From Spirochaetota bacterium (GTDB lineage: Bacteria > Spirochaetota > UBA4802 > JAGODF01), in NCBI GenBank assembly GCA_029974015.1, contig JARKUF010000019.1, forward strand, positions 10,219 to 74,218: DNA of 64,000 bases, in the 5' to 3' direction. Positions 62,872 through 64,000 of this stretch are shown piece after piece; the stretch's first letter is position 1; every line of letters begins with the position of its first letter. A program made the translations under genes and the position numbers. The notes under the pieces were generated by a model that saw only the letters and a list, made by a program, of their open reading frames with translations, was not told the DNA's origin and searched no databases.

Positions 62872-64000
62872 ATGAAAATTGCCGCAACAAAACGGGACTC
62901 AAGCCTAAAAAAGGACGATACCATTGCCGTCATGGTCACGGAAAGGAAAAAACCGGAGGACCATCTTGACCTTCCCAAAGAGGCGGCATTCCTTGAAACC
63001 GCCTGCGACCTTTCCTCTTTCCGGGCCAGGCCGGGGGACACCGCCTACATCCCGTTAAAAGGCCATCCCGGAGTGGTACTCGGGGGCCTCGGCCGGGCCG
63101 AGGAAATCACCGCCGAAACGGTGCGAAATTGCGGGAGCGCCATCGCCGCGGAATGCCTAAAGCGCCGGATCGCCAATATCCAGGCCATACCTCCCTCCGT
63201 TTCCTCTCTGGGCGCAGAGGAGGCCCTCACCGCCTCCGCGGAAGGGTACATCCTGGGGGATTATGCTTTCACAAGATACAAATCAAAGAAAGAAAACGGC
63301 GATACTCGCATCGGCCGGCTGATATTTCGGACCTCCCTGAAGGGGGCCTCCTCATTACTCCGGGACGTTGAAATCGTCGGCAGAAACACAAATCTGTGCC
63401 GGGACCTGGTGAACGATTCGAGCGATAGCTGCACTCCCGCATCCTTCGCCGCCGAGGCGCAAAAGCTCGCCCGAACAAAGGGCGTCACCTGCACCGTCTT
63501 CGGGGAGAAGGAAATCGCCCGCCTCCGTATGGGGCTCCTCCTCGCAGTGAGCCGCGGAAGCGCCAACCCGCCCCGTCTCGTGGTCCTTCGCTATCGGGGC
63601 GATCGGAAATCATCGAAAAGCATAGCCCTTGTCGGGAAAGGGATCACCTTCGATTCGGGCGGACTGAATCTCAAATCGTCGGGAAACATAGAAGGAATGC
63701 GGAGCGACATGGCCGGCGCCGCAGCCTGTCTCTTTGCCGTTCTCGCCGCCGCGGAACTTGGCCTGGAGAAAAACATCACCGCCGTGATACCTCTGGCGGA
63801 AAACATGCCGGGAAGCCGTTCCTACCGCCCAGGGGACGTGTACCGCGCCTACAATGGAAAGACAGTGGAAATCGGAAACACCGACGCCGAAGGTCGCCTC
63901 GTCCTTGCCGACGCCCTGGCATATACGGCGGATAAAATCAAGCCGGACATGATCATAGACATCGCCACTCTCACGGGGGCCTGCATAATATCTCTTGGCG
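62872..64000 (+). CDS. pepA: Leucyl aminopeptidase (M17), 3'-truncated by the window edge
   Basis: The frame is open from the ATG at 62872 to the window end. Supporting motifs are VGKGITFDSGGLNLK, MRSDMAGAAA and the M17 signature NTDAEGRLVLADAL. Confidence 0.92.
   Translation, partial: MKIAATKRDSSLKKDDTIAVMVTERKKPEDHLDLPKEAAFLETACDLSSFRARPGDTAYIPLKGHPGVVLGGLGRAEEITAETVRNCGSAIAAECLKRRIANIQAIPPSVSSLGAEEALTASAEGYILGDYAFTRYKSKKENGDTRIGRLIFRTSLKGASSLLRDVEIVGRNTNLCRDLVNDSSDSCTPASFAAEAQKLARTKGVTCTVFGEKEIARLRMGLLLAVSRGSANPPRLVVLRYRGDRKSSKSIALVGKGITFDSGGLNLKSSGNIEGMRSDMAGAAACLFAVLAAAELGLEKNITAVIPLAENMPGSRSYRPGDVYRAYNGKTVEIGNTDAEGRLVLADALAYTADKIKPDMIIDIATLTGACIISLG

Overview
The window reads as a GC-rich, Gram-negative-type bacterial core chromosome segment; no taxon can be assigned from sequence alone. 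I see no obvious defence island, prophage or CRISPR array.

The centre is a complete minus-strand division/cell-wall (dcw) cluster at about 11.9-26.0 kb. Its order is mraZ-rsmH-ftsL-murE-murF-mraY-murD-ftsW-murG-murC-ftsQ-ftsA-ftsZ, and no ftsI/PBP gene sits between ftsL and murE. Same-strand peptidoglycan-recycling genes bracket it: mpl upstream, and AmgK-like kinase plus MurU-like nucleotidyltransferase downstream.

Other confident calls:
- GspD-type secretin, pyrR, queH, a GAF-GGDEF cyclase and endonuclease V.
- rpsT, an HU-family gene, tRNA-Val(TAC), a 5'-nucleotidase and hisS.
- A radical SAM protein, an MFS transporter, a TrkA-like protein, an MCP and an acyl-CoA ligase.
- A CDF transporter, DUF47 plus PiT, uvrC, a REC-histidine kinase hybrid, pcm, uvrA and a 3'-truncated pepA.

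Observations most worth follow-up:
1. A strongly RBS-preceded glutaredoxin-like ORF (42207-42410) is interrupted only by an in-frame TGA at the redox-motif position. A small hairpin lies just downstream, so this is a candidate selenoprotein that the ORF track cannot see.
2. A mosaic family of interspersed intergenic hairpin repeats has the core TTCCCGCCCGCC-loop-GGCGGGCGGGAA. I count about 12 copies, with compensatory variation in the outer stem, accessory modules and a striking orientation bias of one module.
3. A visibly AT-rich scar lies next to tRNA-Val. It carries 4 x 24-nt iteron-like repeats and a 37-codon HTH mini-ORF.
4. A very acidic zinc-ribbon protein is translationally coupled to uvrA.
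5. A CE7 esterase homologue has its signature motifs degenerate.

Many long ORFs in the track are antisense or N-terminal-extension artefacts typical of GC-rich DNA, and I rejected them. All coordinates were hand-counted.
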